Part shown: piece by piece, positions 23,108-32,478 of the stretch
Numbering within the stretch: position 1 is the stretch's first letter
Layout: every line of letters begins with the position of its first letter
NCBI GenBank assembly: GCA_963720545.1
Contig: OY970399.1
Coordinates: forward strand, 3,360,001-3,424,000
Reading direction: 5' to 3'
DNA length: 64,000 bases
Source of the DNA: an uncultured Acidobacteriota bacterium
Lineage (GTDB): Bacteria; Acidobacteriota; Vicinamibacteria; Fen-336
Notes under the pieces: generated by a model
What the model saw: the letters and a program-made list of their open reading frames with translations, nothing else
Told to the model about the DNA's origin: nothing
The model's database searches: none
Made by a program: the position numbers and the translations under genes

Positions 23108-23974
23108 TTAGTCGATGCGGGCGACTCCGGGGGCGGTGGCGGGGAAGCGGTCGAAGATTGCGGGGTCGTGGCCGGGAACGATCCGGCGCCGGTCCTCGAC
23201 GAGCTTCCCCATCCGGCTCTGCGCTTCCAGGTTGGCGGCGGCATCGAAGGTCTCGCCGATCGCGAGGTGGTTTTCCAGATTCTCGTAGAGATACGCGTTG
23301 TCGGAAGCGATCAGGACCGGGCCGACACGCGTGCCGACGGTCGCGTACTGGGAGGCGAAGGTGTGCCGCCCGCCGGTGTACACGCGGATCCCCGGGATGA
23401 TCTCCTTGTCGTCGCCGTCCACGAGCGTCACGCGCCCCGCGGCGCTGAGCTTCGCGAGCATCGCGGCGTCCACGGCCGACATGTCGTCGTGCAGCGCTTC
23501 GCCCTTTGCGCCGACGTAGTACTCGTACTCGGCGCGCTGGATCCAGATGTGCGCGTTCGGGAACAGGTCGGCGCCGTCGAGATGGTCCCAATGCACGTGC
23601 GAGACGATGATGTCGGTGACGGCCTCCGGCGCAATTCCCGCGGCCGCAACGGCGTCGGACGGCTTGCGATAGTCGGCGGGTTTCCACGCCTTCATGAACT
23701 CGTCGCGGTAGAAGCCGGCGTCCACCAGCACGTTGCGCTTCTCCGGACCCTTCAGCAGCCACACCATCATCGCGCCGTCGCTCTTGCGGCTCGGGTCGGC
23801 GCCCGCCACGAGCTCGGAGGTCGGGAACCCGAGCAGCATGCCGTAGCGAACCGCGTACACCTCGTAGACAGGCGGAGCCGCCGCCACGGGCTGGGCGGCG
23901 GGCCGCTGCGCTTTGCAGGCTGGGAGCAGGGCGAATGCTAGCGGCAAGGCGAACACGAGGGTGGTCTTGGGCAT
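23108..23974 (-). CDS. N-acyl homoserine lactonase-like metallo-beta-lactamase-fold lipoprotein
   Basis: LLPAC lipobox, LVDAG, SHVHWDH, GRHT, ASDNAY and PGHD. Confidence 0.82.
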   Translation of the reverse strand: MPKTTLVFALPLAFALLPACKAQRPAAQPVAAAPPVYEVYAVRYGMLLGFPTSELVAGADPSRKSDGAMMVWLLKGPEKRNVLVDAGFYRDEFMKAWKPADYRKPSDAVAAAGIAPEAVTDIIVSHVHWDHLDGADLFPNAHIWIQRAEYEYYVGAKGEALHDDMSAVDAAMLAKLSAAGRVTLVDGDDKEIIPGIRVYTGGRHTFASQYATVGTRVGPVLIASDNAYLYENLENHLAIGETFDAAANLEAQSRMGKLVEDRRRIVPGHDPAIFDRFPATAPGVARID

Positions 23975-23991
23975 GCGGGAGTTTAGACAAA

Positions 23992-24080
23992 GGAACGGAC
24001 GCTGACGCAAGCGCCTGGGGGGACGACAAGAACGGCAATCGACGGATTGGACGGGGACGGAGAGCCAATCCGTCGATGAC
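23992..24080 (-). repeat. Dispersed hairpin repeat, copy C
   Basis: Stem 24038-24050 / 24065-24077 plus reverse-complement tail GGAACGGACGCTGACGCAAGCGCCTGGG; begins 2 nt after the def stop. Confidence 0.9.
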
Positions 24081-24082
24081 AG

Positions 24083-24604
24083 TTACACGAACCGTTCGAA
24101 TTCGTTGAGGAACGCGAGCGAGCGCATATCGCGCATGCGGTCGAGGTAGACGCTGCCGTCGAGGTGGTCGCACTCGTGCTGGATGACGCGGGCGAAGAAG
24201 GTGTCGGTTTCGACGACGTACTTCCTGCCCTTGCGGTCGCGGGCTTCCATGCGCACCTTGCGGAAGCGGGGGACGACGCCGCGCAGGTCGGGGATCGACA
24301 AACAGCCTTCGAAACCGTCCAGCAGTTCGTCGCCGACCGCGGTCACCACCGGGTTGATGAGCACGGTCAGGGGCACCGCGTCCTCGGCACGCTCGTCACT
24401 CGCGTCGACCTCGATGACTGCGAGGCGCAAGCCCTCGTGAACCTGCGGCCCGGCGAGGCCGACGCCTTCGTATTCGTGCATGGTCTCGACCATGTCGTCG
24501 ATGAGGCGCTGGATGCGCGGCGTGCGGATCTCGTCCACTTCCAGGTTGCGCGCCGCCTTGCGGATGACGGGATGGCCGATGCGAGCGACTTTCAGGATCG
24601 CCAA
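24083..24604 (-). CDS. def: Peptide deformylase
   Basis: GVGLAGPQV, EGCLSIP and QHECDHLDG; TTG start after AAGGAG. Confidence 0.95.
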   Translation of the reverse strand: MAILKVARIGHPVIRKAARNLEVDEIRTPRIQRLIDDMVETMHEYEGVGLAGPQVHEGLRLAVIEVDASDERAEDAVPLTVLINPVVTAVGDELLDGFEGCLSIPDLRGVVPRFRKVRMEARDRKGRKYVVETDTFFARVIQHECDHLDGSVYLDRMRDMRSLAFLNEFERFV

Positions 24605-24617
24605 AGGCAGCTCCTTG

Positions 24618-25307
24618 CTAGTGGTCCCTGATGAAGCGGGCGAGGCCCGCGAGGTCGGTGACGCGCGCATACGGACGGCGTCGCGGCGCGCGGTGCGCGC
24701 CGCGGTCGAGCCATACGAAGCGCACGCCGGCGCCGTGCGCGGCGTCGCCGTCGGTCGTCGGGTTGTCGCCGATGAAGATCGCATCCGCGGCGCGCGCGCC
24801 GATGCGTCGCAGCGCCTCGATGACGATGCGCGGGTCGGGCTTGGTGAAGCCGCAGCCTTCCGAGGTGACGACGGTGTGGAAGCGGTCGCGCAGCCCGGCG
24901 AGGCGCAGCCGCGAGCGCTGCACGCGGTCGATGCCGTTGGTGACGATCGCGAGGCGATGCCGCTTCGCCGCCACGGCCAGCACCCGCAGGCAGCCCGGCA
25001 GCATGTCGGCGCGCGCCGCCAGCGAGGTGAGGTAGACGCGCGAAAAACGGCGGGCGAGCCGCGGCTCGCGGCCGAGCGCGACCGCAAGGCGGCGGAAGCG
25101 TTCGTGCGACAGCTCGGCCTGGCCGATGCGGCCCTTCTCGTACTCGCGCCAGATCACGGCGTTGATGGCGCGATAGGCCGCGAGCGCGCGCGGGCCGAAG
25201 GGGATGCCCATGGCGCGAAACGCCTCTGCCAGCGCAAGCCGCTGGGAGCGCTCGAAGTCGAAGAGCGTCTCGTCGAGGTCGAAGAGGAGGGCGGAACGCG
25301 GCGCCAA
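24618..25307 (-). CDS. HAD-family hydrolase (YjjG-like nucleotidase)
   Basis: FDLDETL, VTNG, KPDPRI and IGDN..D motifs. Confidence 0.88.
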   Translation of the reverse strand: MAPRSALLFDLDETLFDFERSQRLALAEAFRAMGIPFGPRALAAYRAINAVIWREYEKGRIGQAELSHERFRRLAVALGREPRLARRFSRVYLTSLAARADMLPGCLRVLAVAAKRHRLAIVTNGIDRVQRSRLRLAGLRDRFHTVVTSEGCGFTKPDPRIVIEALRRIGARAADAIFIGDNPTTDGDAAHGAGVRFVWLDRGAHRAPRRRPYARVTDLAGLARFIRDH

Positions 25308-25311
25308 GGGG

Positions 25312-25530
25312 CTACTTGGCGCGGTAGGTGATGAGGCCGCGCTTCAGGTCGTAAGGGGAGACGCTGACGGTCACCCGGTCGCCGGCGATGACGCGGATGC
25401 GGAACTGCCGCATCTTGCCGTTCAGCCGTGCGAGCACTTCATGGTTCTCGCCGCACTTGATCTTGTAGTTGCCGCCCGCGAGAACTTCCGACACGACGCC
25501 TTGCAGCTCGATGAGGTCGTCTTTGGCCAA
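25312..25530 (-). CDS. infA: Translation initiation factor IF-1
   Basis: MAKDDLIE.QG..GKMR..RIRV..GDRV.V..SPYDL.RG.ITYR; AAGGAG RBS. Confidence 0.96.
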   Translation of the reverse strand: MAKDDLIELQGVVSEVLAGGNYKIKCGENHEVLARLNGKMRQFRIRVIAGDRVTVSVSPYDLKRGLITYRAK

Positions 25531-25586
25531 TCGACTCCTTTGCCGTTAACTGCAGGGGATAGTAGCAGGAACGCCCCGGGCCTGCC

Positions 25587-26426
25587 TCACTTGCCGGTCT
25601 TGCGGAAGTCGACGAAGCCCTTGCGGGTCTCGGGCTGGCAGTTGGGGCAGAAGTACGCGTCCATGCCCGCAACCCCCGCCACGCGCAGCCGGGCTCCGCA
25701 CGTGGGACAGACCTCCTTCAGGCGCACCTTGAGGAAGTCGCGAACCTTGACTTCGGTGGGTTCGCCGCGGCGCGCCACTTCCGCAACCGCTTCGCGCATC
25801 ACCGAAACGATCGCCGTATGCAGCCGCTCGGCGTCGGCTGGTTGCAGCGAGCGGCACCAGGTCTTGGGATGGATGCCCGCCGCGAACAGGATCTCGTCCG
25901 CGTAGGCGTTGCCGATGCTGTCGAGGGCGCGCTTGTCGAGCAGGAACACGCGCACCTGGTCGCGGCGGTGTTGCAGCAGGCTCTGCAGCCGCTCGCGCGT
26001 GAACGCCGGCGAGAGGATGTCGACGCCGCCCGTCTTCATTCCGGGGATCGCGTTCCAGTCGTCCTGGGCGATGAGGTATGCCTTGCCCATCGACTTGTCG
26101 TCGAGATAACGCAGCTCGTCGCGTCCCGCGCCGAAGCCGAGCGCGAACCCAAGCGACTTCTCGTCCCTGGCATCGGGCGGCGACAGGCGGAAGCGGCCCG
26201 CGAGCATCGGGTTCACGGCGAGGTCGAGCCCCGCGAAGCGCAGCACAACGAAGTGCGAGCGCCGCGAGACCGACTCGAGCGTGCGGCCAAGGAGCAGCGA
26301 CAGGTTGCCGCGCACGGTGAAGCGCATGATGACGGGGCTTCGCACCCGCTCGCTTTGCACCACCGCTCCGCGCAGCGCTCCGTCGAGCCGCGCGACGATG
26401 TGCAGCAGGTCGGGCAGTTCGGGCAC
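25587..26426 (-). CDS. Fpg/Nei-family DNA glycosylase
   Basis: N-terminal PELPD, H2TH motif IGNAYADEILF, and C-terminal zinc finger CPTCG..FCPNCQ. Confidence 0.9.
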   Translation of the reverse strand: MPELPDLLHIVARLDGALRGAVVQSERVRSPVIMRFTVRGNLSLLLGRTLESVSRRSHFVVLRFAGLDLAVNPMLAGRFRLSPPDARDEKSLGFALGFGAGRDELRYLDDKSMGKAYLIAQDDWNAIPGMKTGGVDILSPAFTRERLQSLLQHRRDQVRVFLLDKRALDSIGNAYADEILFAAGIHPKTWCRSLQPADAERLHTAIVSVMREAVAEVARRGEPTEVKVRDFLKVRLKEVCPTCGARLRVAGVAGMDAYFCPNCQPETRKGFVDFRKTGK

Positions 26427-26428
26427 GA

Positions 26429-27652
26429 CTAGACTTTATCGGCTCCGCTGGCCCGTGGCAGGTACGTTTCGAGCACCGCCTCGATGGCGCGCTGTTCGGG
26501 CGAATCCTTGTCGAAGGGGCGGAACGGTGTTGCGGCGATCGGGCAGGAGCCCGCGTCGAGATGCCGCGTCACCAGCGCCGCGAAGCGCGCCAGCGCCCCC
26601 GTCACCAGCGCCGCATCGGTGCGGCCGTGGGCGCAGTAGCCGTGGCCGCGCATGAACCCGGCGATCTCGTGGACGTTCGCGATTTCGCTGGCGCGCACGG
26701 TGCCCGCTTCCAGCCGCGCGATGAGCGCCGCCATGTTGGTTGCGCCCACGCTGCAAGGCGGGCACTGGCCGCACGACTCGCGCGCGAAGAAGTCCGCGGC
26801 CGACGACACCACCGACAACGGGCACGCCTGTTCGCACACCACCAGGACCGACGCGGTGCCGAGCGACGAGCCGCGTTCGCGCAACGCCTCGGGCTCGAGC
26901 GGCGTGTCGAGGTCGTTGGCGTCGAGCGGCGCCGCCGACGGTCCGCCCGGGAACACGGCAACCACGACGCCGGTGGCGCCGCCGCCCCAGTCCTCGATCA
27001 GCTCGCGCAGCTTGGTGCCGAGCGGCACGTCATAGACCCCGGGGCGCTTGACGTGGCCCCACAGCGAAACCAGCGTCGACTCCTCGTTGATGAACGCTTC
27101 CGGATCGGCGAGGGCGCGCGGCACGTAGCTGAGCGTCTCGACGTTCTGCACCAACGTCGGCCGTCCGGAGACGCCGGCAGCCGAGGGCAGCGGCGGCTTG
27201 GCGCGCGGCCAGGCCTTGTTGCCCGAGAGCCACTCGCTGACGGCCGTTTCCTCACCGCCGACGTAGGAGTCGTCGCCGCGGCGCACCGTGATCGCGACGC
27301 CAGCCGTGTCGATGCGCTCGAGTTGCTTCACGAGGTTCGCCTCGAGCGCCACGAACGAGCCCTTCAGGTAGACGACCGCCTCACGCGCGCCAATCGCCTT
27401 GGCGGCGGCCAGGATGCCGTCGCACACGTCCTTGAAGCGGGTCAGAAGGATGAAGCGGTCCTTGATCGAGCCGGGCTCGCCTTCGGCGCCGTTTGCCACC
27501 ACCAGCGCGTCGCCGTCCTCGGCGAGCACCGCCTGCCACTTGCGCCAGGCAGGAAACCAGCCGCCGCCGCGGCCGCGCAAGGCCGACGACGCGATCCTGT
27601 CGATCGCGGCGAAGGGGGTCTTCTTCGGCGCGCCGCCTGAGGGTTCTGGCAC
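26429..27652 (-). CDS. NuoF-like FMN / 4Fe-4S oxidoreductase
   Basis: [36 protein letters not shown], an SLBB domain, ESCGQCPPC and a distal YCAHG. Confidence 0.85.
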   Translation of the reverse strand: MPEPSGGAPKKTPFAAIDRIASSALRGRGGGWFPAWRKWQAVLAEDGDALVVANGAEGEPGSIKDRFILLTRFKDVCDGILAAAKAIGAREAVVYLKGSFVALEANLVKQLERIDTAGVAITVRRGDDSYVGGEETAVSEWLSGNKAWPRAKPPLPSAAGVSGRPTLVQNVETLSYVPRALADPEAFINEESTLVSLWGHVKRPGVYDVPLGTKLRELIEDWGGGATGVVVAVFPGGPSAAPLDANDLDTPLEPEALRERGSSLGTASVLVVCEQACPLSVVSSAADFFARESCGQCPPCSVGATNMAALIARLEAGTVRASEIANVHEIAGFMRGHGYCAHGRTDAALVTGALARFAALVTRHLDAGSCPIAATPFRPFDKDSPEQRAIEAVLETYLPRASGADKV

Positions 27653-27791
27653 GTTCGTTCCGGCGAGGATTATAGGGGAATCCCCTCATTCCACGGTGTT
27701 GGCGGGCATACGTCCGCATGCGGCGCTGCGCTATACTCGATGGGCGGCGCCGGACAGTCTCGTAAGGCTTCGCAGAGCGGGGTCAATCGAA

Positions 27792-28154
27792 ATGATTCAG
27801 ATTACGGACAATGCCTTGTCGAAGGTCAAGGGGATCCTCGAGCAGGAAAAGGACTCCATGCCCGGCGGCGGCCTGCGCATCTACGTGCAGGGCGGCGGCT
27901 GCTCCGGCTTTCAGTACGGCATGGTCCTGGACGAGGTCGCGGAAGGCGACCAGGTGTTCGACAAGGACGGCATCAAGGTCATCGTCGACGCCATGAGCGC
28001 GCGCTATCTCGAGGGCGCCGAGGTGGACTACAAGGACGATCTGATGGGCGGCGGGTTCGCCATCAAGAACCCGAACGCGGTTTCCACTTGCGGCTGCGGG
28101 CACTCGTTCCAGACCGCCGACGGCGGCGGCACGCAGGGCGGCCACCAGCACTGA
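27792..28154 (+). CDS. erpA: A-type Fe-S cluster carrier (ErpA/IscA)
   Basis: GGGCSGFQY and [13 protein letters not shown]. Confidence 0.9.
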   Translation: MIQITDNALSKVKGILEQEKDSMPGGGLRIYVQGGGCSGFQYGMVLDEVAEGDQVFDKDGIKVIVDAMSARYLEGAEVDYKDDLMGGGFAIKNPNAVSTCGCGHSFQTADGGGTQGGHQH

Positions 28155-28186
28155 GGTCTTTGGACAACCCGGAGACGAACGCCAAA

Positions 28187-28675
28187 ATGACCGCGAGCGA
28201 AGCGCTGGGGGAAGTAGATGCCGTGCCGCAGCAAGGGCTGAGGACGTTCCGGGTCATCAACGACACCGTGCGCCTCGTCACCGACAAGCGGCTCGAGCTC
28301 TACAACCTCACCGAGCGCGTCGGCGAGATCATCAAGAAGCACGACATCAAGGAAGGCCTGGTGTTGTTCTCGTCGCTGCACACGACGCTCGCTCTCTTCG
28401 TCAACGAGTGGCAGTCGGCGCTGCTGCACGACATGAAGTTCATGCTCAACAAGGTCGTGAGCCCGGGCGAGGAATACCGCCACAACGACCCCGAGCAATC
28501 CGACTGCGACCGCAAGAACGCGCATTCGCACCTGCAGGCAACCCTGCTCAACCACGCGGTGCAGTTTCCGGTGGCCGCCGGCAAGCTCGTCATCGGGCAG
28601 TTCCAGGCCATCATCGCCGCTGAGCTCGACGGGCCGCGCCACCGCGACCTCGCCGTCCAGATCATCGGCCGCTAG
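28187..28675 (+). CDS. YjbQ/UPF0047-family protein
   Basis: HTT.AL..NE, YRHND, NAHSHL and ELDGPR. Confidence 0.85.
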   Translation: MTASEALGEVDAVPQQGLRTFRVINDTVRLVTDKRLELYNLTERVGEIIKKHDIKEGLVLFSSLHTTLALFVNEWQSALLHDMKFMLNKVVSPGEEYRHNDPEQSDCDRKNAHSHLQATLLNHAVQFPVAAGKLVIGQFQAIIAAELDGPRHRDLAVQIIGR

Positions 28676-28724
28676 CCACCCGCAACCGCCTCGCGCGGTG
28701 CTACGCTCGGAGGAGGCTCCTGAA

Positions 28725-29357
28725 ATGGCCGTCCTGCCGCCGATCATTCCCCTGTTCCCCCTGGGAGAGGTGGTCCTCTTCCCGAAGGTGGCGCTGCCAC
28801 TGCACATCTTCGAGCCGCGTTACCGGAAGATGACCGCCGACGCCCTCGCCGGCGAGCGCATCATCGGCATGACGCTGCTGCAGGCGGGCTTCGAGGCGAG
28901 CTACGTCGGCCGCCCGCCGGTTTTTCCGCTCGGCTGCGCCGGCCACATCGAAGAGACCGAGGCCCTGCCCGACGGCCGCTACAACATGCTGCTGCGCGGC
29001 GTGTCGCGCTTTCGCATCGTCGAGGAGCGCCACGGGCAGCCCTACCGGCTGGCGGCGATCGAAGAAGTGGAAGACGGCCGCTACGATGCCGCGCGCGTGG
29101 GTGCGATGCGCGACAAGATCCTGAACGCGGTGTCGGCGGCGTCGCCGCGGCCAACGCTGCTGGTGGTGCAGCCCGACGTGAGCGACGAGCTGTTCCTCAA
29201 CACGCTGTGCCAGATGCTGCCGTTCGATGTGGTGGAAAAGCTCTCGCTCCTCGAATGCGACAGCCTCGGCCAGCGTTGCGACCGGCTCCTGGAACTCCTC
29301 GAGTACAAACGACTCACCGGCAACCTCGCCTCGGGCCGGGTCGAACGGCCTAACTAG
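28725..29357 (+). CDS. Lon N-terminal (substrate-binding) domain protein
   Basis: IPLFPL..VVLFP...LPLHIFEPRY and DGRYN..L.G..RF; no ATPase or protease domain. Confidence 0.88.
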   Translation: MAVLPPIIPLFPLGEVVLFPKVALPLHIFEPRYRKMTADALAGERIIGMTLLQAGFEASYVGRPPVFPLGCAGHIEETEALPDGRYNMLLRGVSRFRIVEERHGQPYRLAAIEEVEDGRYDAARVGAMRDKILNAVSAASPRPTLLVVQPDVSDELFLNTLCQMLPFDVVEKLSLLECDSLGQRCDRLLELLEYKRLTGNLASGRVERPN

Positions 29358-29400
29358 TCATCGGCGGATGGGCTTGCCGTTCACGACCCATCCGCCGATT
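29357..29400 (+). repeat. Dispersed hairpin repeat, copy D (variant stem)
   Basis: ATCGGCGGATGGG (29360-29372), 14-nt loop, CCCATCCGCCGAT (29387-29399); abuts the TAG stop. Confidence 0.85.
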
Positions 29401-29428
29401 ACGACTTTCGGCGCGGGTGCCTCGTCTA
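29401..29428 (+). promoter_or_regulatory. Candidate ECF-sigma promoter
   Basis: ACGACT-N16-CGTCTA upstream of the PDZ protein gene. Confidence 0.35.
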
Positions 29429-29450
29429 ACGACAGGAGAGTGGAGGTCAA

Positions 29451-30524
29451 ATGAAGGGAGTCAACCGTTTCGGCCTGGTTCTGGGGGTTCTGGCGGCGAG
29501 CGCCCTGCTTGGCACCGCTGCAGCCCGCGTGCGGGCGGCAGACGAGCAGGAGAAGCCGAAGGCCAGCGTGAAGACATCGCGCGAAGAGACGATGAAGCGG
29601 TTCAAGGTCGGGCCGCAGGTGCGCCGCATCGAGCGCAGCTTCGAGTGGACGGACGGCGCCTTCCTCGGCGTCGGCGTCGCCGACGTCACCAAAGCCGACC
29701 TCGCAGCGCTGAAGCTGAGCGAAGAGCGCGGCGCTGTAGTGCGCAGCGTCAACGCCAATTCCGCCGCAGCCAAGGCGGGGCTGAAGGAGGGCGACGTCAT
29801 CCTGCGCTATCAGGGCGAGACGGTCTGGAGCGCTTCGCAGTTCCGCCGCCTCATCCGCGAGACGCCGGCTGGCCGCACCATCTCGCTCGACGTGACGAAC
29901 GGCGGCGCGGCGCGCACCGTTGCGGCGACGCTCGGCGAGCGCTCGCCGGACACGGCCGGGTTCGGGCCGCTCGAAGACTTCGACATCGACCTGCCTGGAA
30001 TGATCGCGGGCGAGATGCCCGAGCCGCCGGAACCGCCCGAAGCTCTCGAACCACCGGATGCACCGGATGCACCGGATGCACCTGATGCTCCGCGTGCCCC
30101 GCGTGCCCCGCGTGCCCCGCGGCCGCCACGGATCATGGCGGACCGGATGTTCCACTTCAAGATGCCGGACGGCGGCAACATGATGTGGCGCGGTGGAATG
30201 TTCGCAGGCGAACCGCGCAAGCTCGGCCTCGAGTACCAGTCGGTCAGCGGCCAGCTCGCGAAGTACTTCAAGTTGGCGGGCGATGGCATCCTGGTGACGA
30301 ACGTCGCAGCCGACGGTCCGGCGGCGGCGGGAGGCGTGAAAGCCGGCGACGTCATCATGAAGGTGAACGGCAAGGCCGTCACGGACGGCGGCGACCTGCG
30401 CGAGGCCATGGAGTCGGTCGAGCCCGGCCAGGAAGTGAGCCTCACCCTGCAGCGCGACGGCAGCCCGGTCGAGGTGAAGCTGAAGGCCGGTGGCGCCGCG
30501 GGGCGCGGCGCAATCACCACCTAG
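29451..30524 (+). CDS. Secreted protein with two PDZ domains and no protease domain
   Basis: Signal peptide; FLGVGV..SAAAKAGLKEGDVI and KLGLEY..GPAAAGGVKAGDVI, separated by a Pro-rich linker. Confidence 0.85.
   Translation: MKGVNRFGLVLGVLAASALLGTAAARVRAADEQEKPKASVKTSREETMKRFKVGPQVRRIERSFEWTDGAFLGVGVADVTKADLAALKLSEERGAVVRSVNANSAAAKAGLKEGDVILRYQGETVWSASQFRRLIRETPAGRTISLDVTNGGAARTVAATLGERSPDTAGFGPLEDFDIDLPGMIAGEMPEPPEPPEALEPPDAPDAPDAPDAPRAPRAPRAPRPPRIMADRMFHFKMPDGGNMMWRGGMFAGEPRKLGLEYQSVSGQLAKYFKLAGDGILVTNVAADGPAAAGGVKAGDVIMKVNGKAVTDGGDLREAMESVEPGQEVSLTLQRDGSPVEVKLKAGGAAGRGAITT
30054..30131 (+). repeat. Intragenic 9-nt tandem repeats
   Basis: CCGGATGCA x3 plus CCTGATGCT, then CCGCGTGCC x3; encodes (PDA)4(PRA)3. 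Confidence 0.85.
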
Positions 30525-30533
30525 GCAGACCGC

Positions 30534-31268
30534 CTAGAGGACGTCAGTACCGTCTTCCATCTCCAGCACCAGCAGGGTGCCGGCCACCGAGAGGGCCGGC
30601 GCCAGCAGGAAGGCGCCAAGCGGCACCAGGAAGATGAGGATGCCCGCGAGGCCGAAGCCGAGCGTCTCGGGGCGCAGGCGTTTGTGCCAGGCGCGGCGCG
30701 CGGCGAAGTCGAGGCCGCGGCGCGTCAGCGGCGCGTCGGTCTGTTGCAGCGCCAGCGCCTGCGAGGCCCAGAGCGCTGCCAGGAACGGTCCCACAACCGG
30801 TATCAGCGGGATGGGCAGCGTGACAAGCGCGGCTGCCAGGAAGAACAAGGCTCCCTTCACGGCCTGCATCGCCTCCCAGCCCGCTCCGTGGCTGCGGTCG
30901 ATGACGTGGCCGCGCACCAGCTGCTCCACCCGGCGCGACAAGCGCTCCAGGACCGGCGCCGCCAGCAGCAGGGCCGACGCCAGCCCCACCACCATGCCGG
31001 CCGCGACCAGGCCGATCCAGAGGAGAGCGGTGAGCGGCAGGTGCAGCAGGCCCGGCAGCGATCGTGAAATGAGCAGCGGCTCGAGCCGCGGGGCGATGAA
31101 CAGGCCGAGGATGCCGCCAAGGCCCCAGAAGAGCACGGCCAGTACCGCGGGCAGCGCCGCCAGCGGCCACGTGCCCGGGTGACGCACGAGGAACGCGATC
31201 CCGGCGAGCACCTGCCACGCGCCGGCGGCGATGCGCCTGGGCCAGCCGGGCAGGGAGGGCATGGCCAT
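30534..31268 (-). CDS. EI24/CysZ-like membrane protein
   Basis: Hydrophobic segments, LLLAAPVLERLSRRVE, LIPVVGP and D.PL.RRG. Confidence 0.75.
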   Translation of the reverse strand: MAMPSLPGWPRRIAAGAWQVLAGIAFLVRHPGTWPLAALPAVLAVLFWGLGGILGLFIAPRLEPLLISRSLPGLLHLPLTALLWIGLVAAGMVVGLASALLLAAPVLERLSRRVEQLVRGHVIDRSHGAGWEAMQAVKGALFFLAAALVTLPIPLIPVVGPFLAALWASQALALQQTDAPLTRRGLDFAARRAWHKRLRPETLGFGLAGILIFLVPLGAFLLAPALSVAGTLLVLEMEDGTDVL

Positions 31269-31319
31269 GAGGCTAAGGCCCCGTCTTCCCGTGTCAAAAT
31301 CCGGCGCGGAGGCGATCCC

Positions 31320-32150
31320 TTGAATATCGGTTGGCTGCACCCGGTCGTCGTGCATTTCGCAATCGTCCTGGTCCTCGTCGGCGTGCTGTTCCGCCTGCTG
31401 TCGCTCGCGAGCAGCAGCCGCCTGTCTTTCGCGAGCCCGGCCGCAACCACGCTGATCCTCGCGGGCGCCGTCGCCGTGTTCTTCGCGTCGCAGTCCGGCC
31501 GCGATGCCCATGGGCCGGTGGAACGCGTGCCCGACTCGCGCGAAGTGGTGGAGCTGCACGAGGCCGCGGCCAAGTGGAGCACCAACTTCACCTACGCCCT
31601 GGCGCTCATCGAGGTGGGGCTGCTGTTCCTGCGCAACTCGCGCTACCGCCGCCATGCGCTGATCGCGGCGTCGGTGGTCGGCCTGTTCGCCGGATCGACG
31701 ATGATCCTGACCGCGTGGCGCGGCGGGAACCTCGTCTACGCGCACGCGGGCGGCGTCGGCATCCGTTCCGGGGAATCGGCGGACGTGGGCAACCTGCTGC
31801 TCGCCGGCCTCTACCATCAGGCGCTGCAGGACCGCGAAGCGGGCCGGCGGCAGGAGGCGGCGGCGCTCGCCGACCTCGCGCTGCGCCGCTTCCCGTCGAG
31901 CATCGCGGTGCGCATGTTCCACGCCGAATCGATCCTGCTCGACCGCCAGGACCCGTCGGCAACGCTCGCGGCCCTGGGCACGATCACGGTGCCGCCGGGC
32001 GAGGGCCGCGAGGTCGCTTACGGGCTGCTGAAGGTCGATGCGCTGCAGGCTGCGGGCCGGCCCGGGGAAGCGCAGGCCGAACTGGACAGGCTCGCGAAGG
32101 AGTTCCCGACGAGCGGTCGGATCAAGGCCCGCCTCGGCAGGGGCCGTTAG
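31320..32150 (+). CDS. DUF2231-like membrane protein with C-terminal TPR-like region
   Basis: LHPVVVHFAI, a conserved central His, and TAWRGGNLVY; TTG start. Confidence 0.75.
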   Translation: MNIGWLHPVVVHFAIVLVLVGVLFRLLSLASSSRLSFASPAATTLILAGAVAVFFASQSGRDAHGPVERVPDSREVVELHEAAAKWSTNFTYALALIEVGLLFLRNSRYRRHALIAASVVGLFAGSTMILTAWRGGNLVYAHAGGVGIRSGESADVGNLLLAGLYHQALQDREAGRRQEAAALADLALRRFPSSIAVRMFHAESILLDRQDPSATLAALGTITVPPGEGREVAYGLLKVDALQAAGRPGEAQAELDRLAKEFPTSGRIKARLGRGR

Positions 32151-32461
32151 CCGCGAATCTTCTCGATCCTGCTGTCGCGGTCGCTCGCGAAGCGTTCCTT
32201 GTCGCGGCGATACTCGTCGTTCAGCGTCTCCAGCTCCTCAGGCGTGCGCGCCCGCACCTGTGCGTCGCGGAACAGGATCTCGCGTTCGGCCATGCGCGCC
32301 TCGTAAATGCTGCGCGCTTCCGCGATGTCGTGGCGCTGCGCGTCGCTCAGCGCCTTGCTGACCACACCAGCGTCGGCATCCTGCTTCTTCAGGCGGGCCA
32401 TCGCGAGCTCGAGTGCGCTCTTGGGCGCGTCGTCTTCCGGTTCGGCTTCGTCCTTGCTCAT
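32147..32461 (-). CDS. Hypothetical helical protein
   Basis: KSALELAMARLKK motif, typical codon bias, and TACACT 6 nt upstream of the ATG. Confidence 0.7.
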   Translation of the reverse strand: MSKDEAEPEDDAPKSALELAMARLKKQDADAGVVSKALSDAQRHDIAEARSIYEARMAEREILFRDAQVRARTPEELETLNDEYRRDKERFASDRDSRIEKIRG

Positions 32462-32478
32462 GCCGGCAGTGTAGCCCC

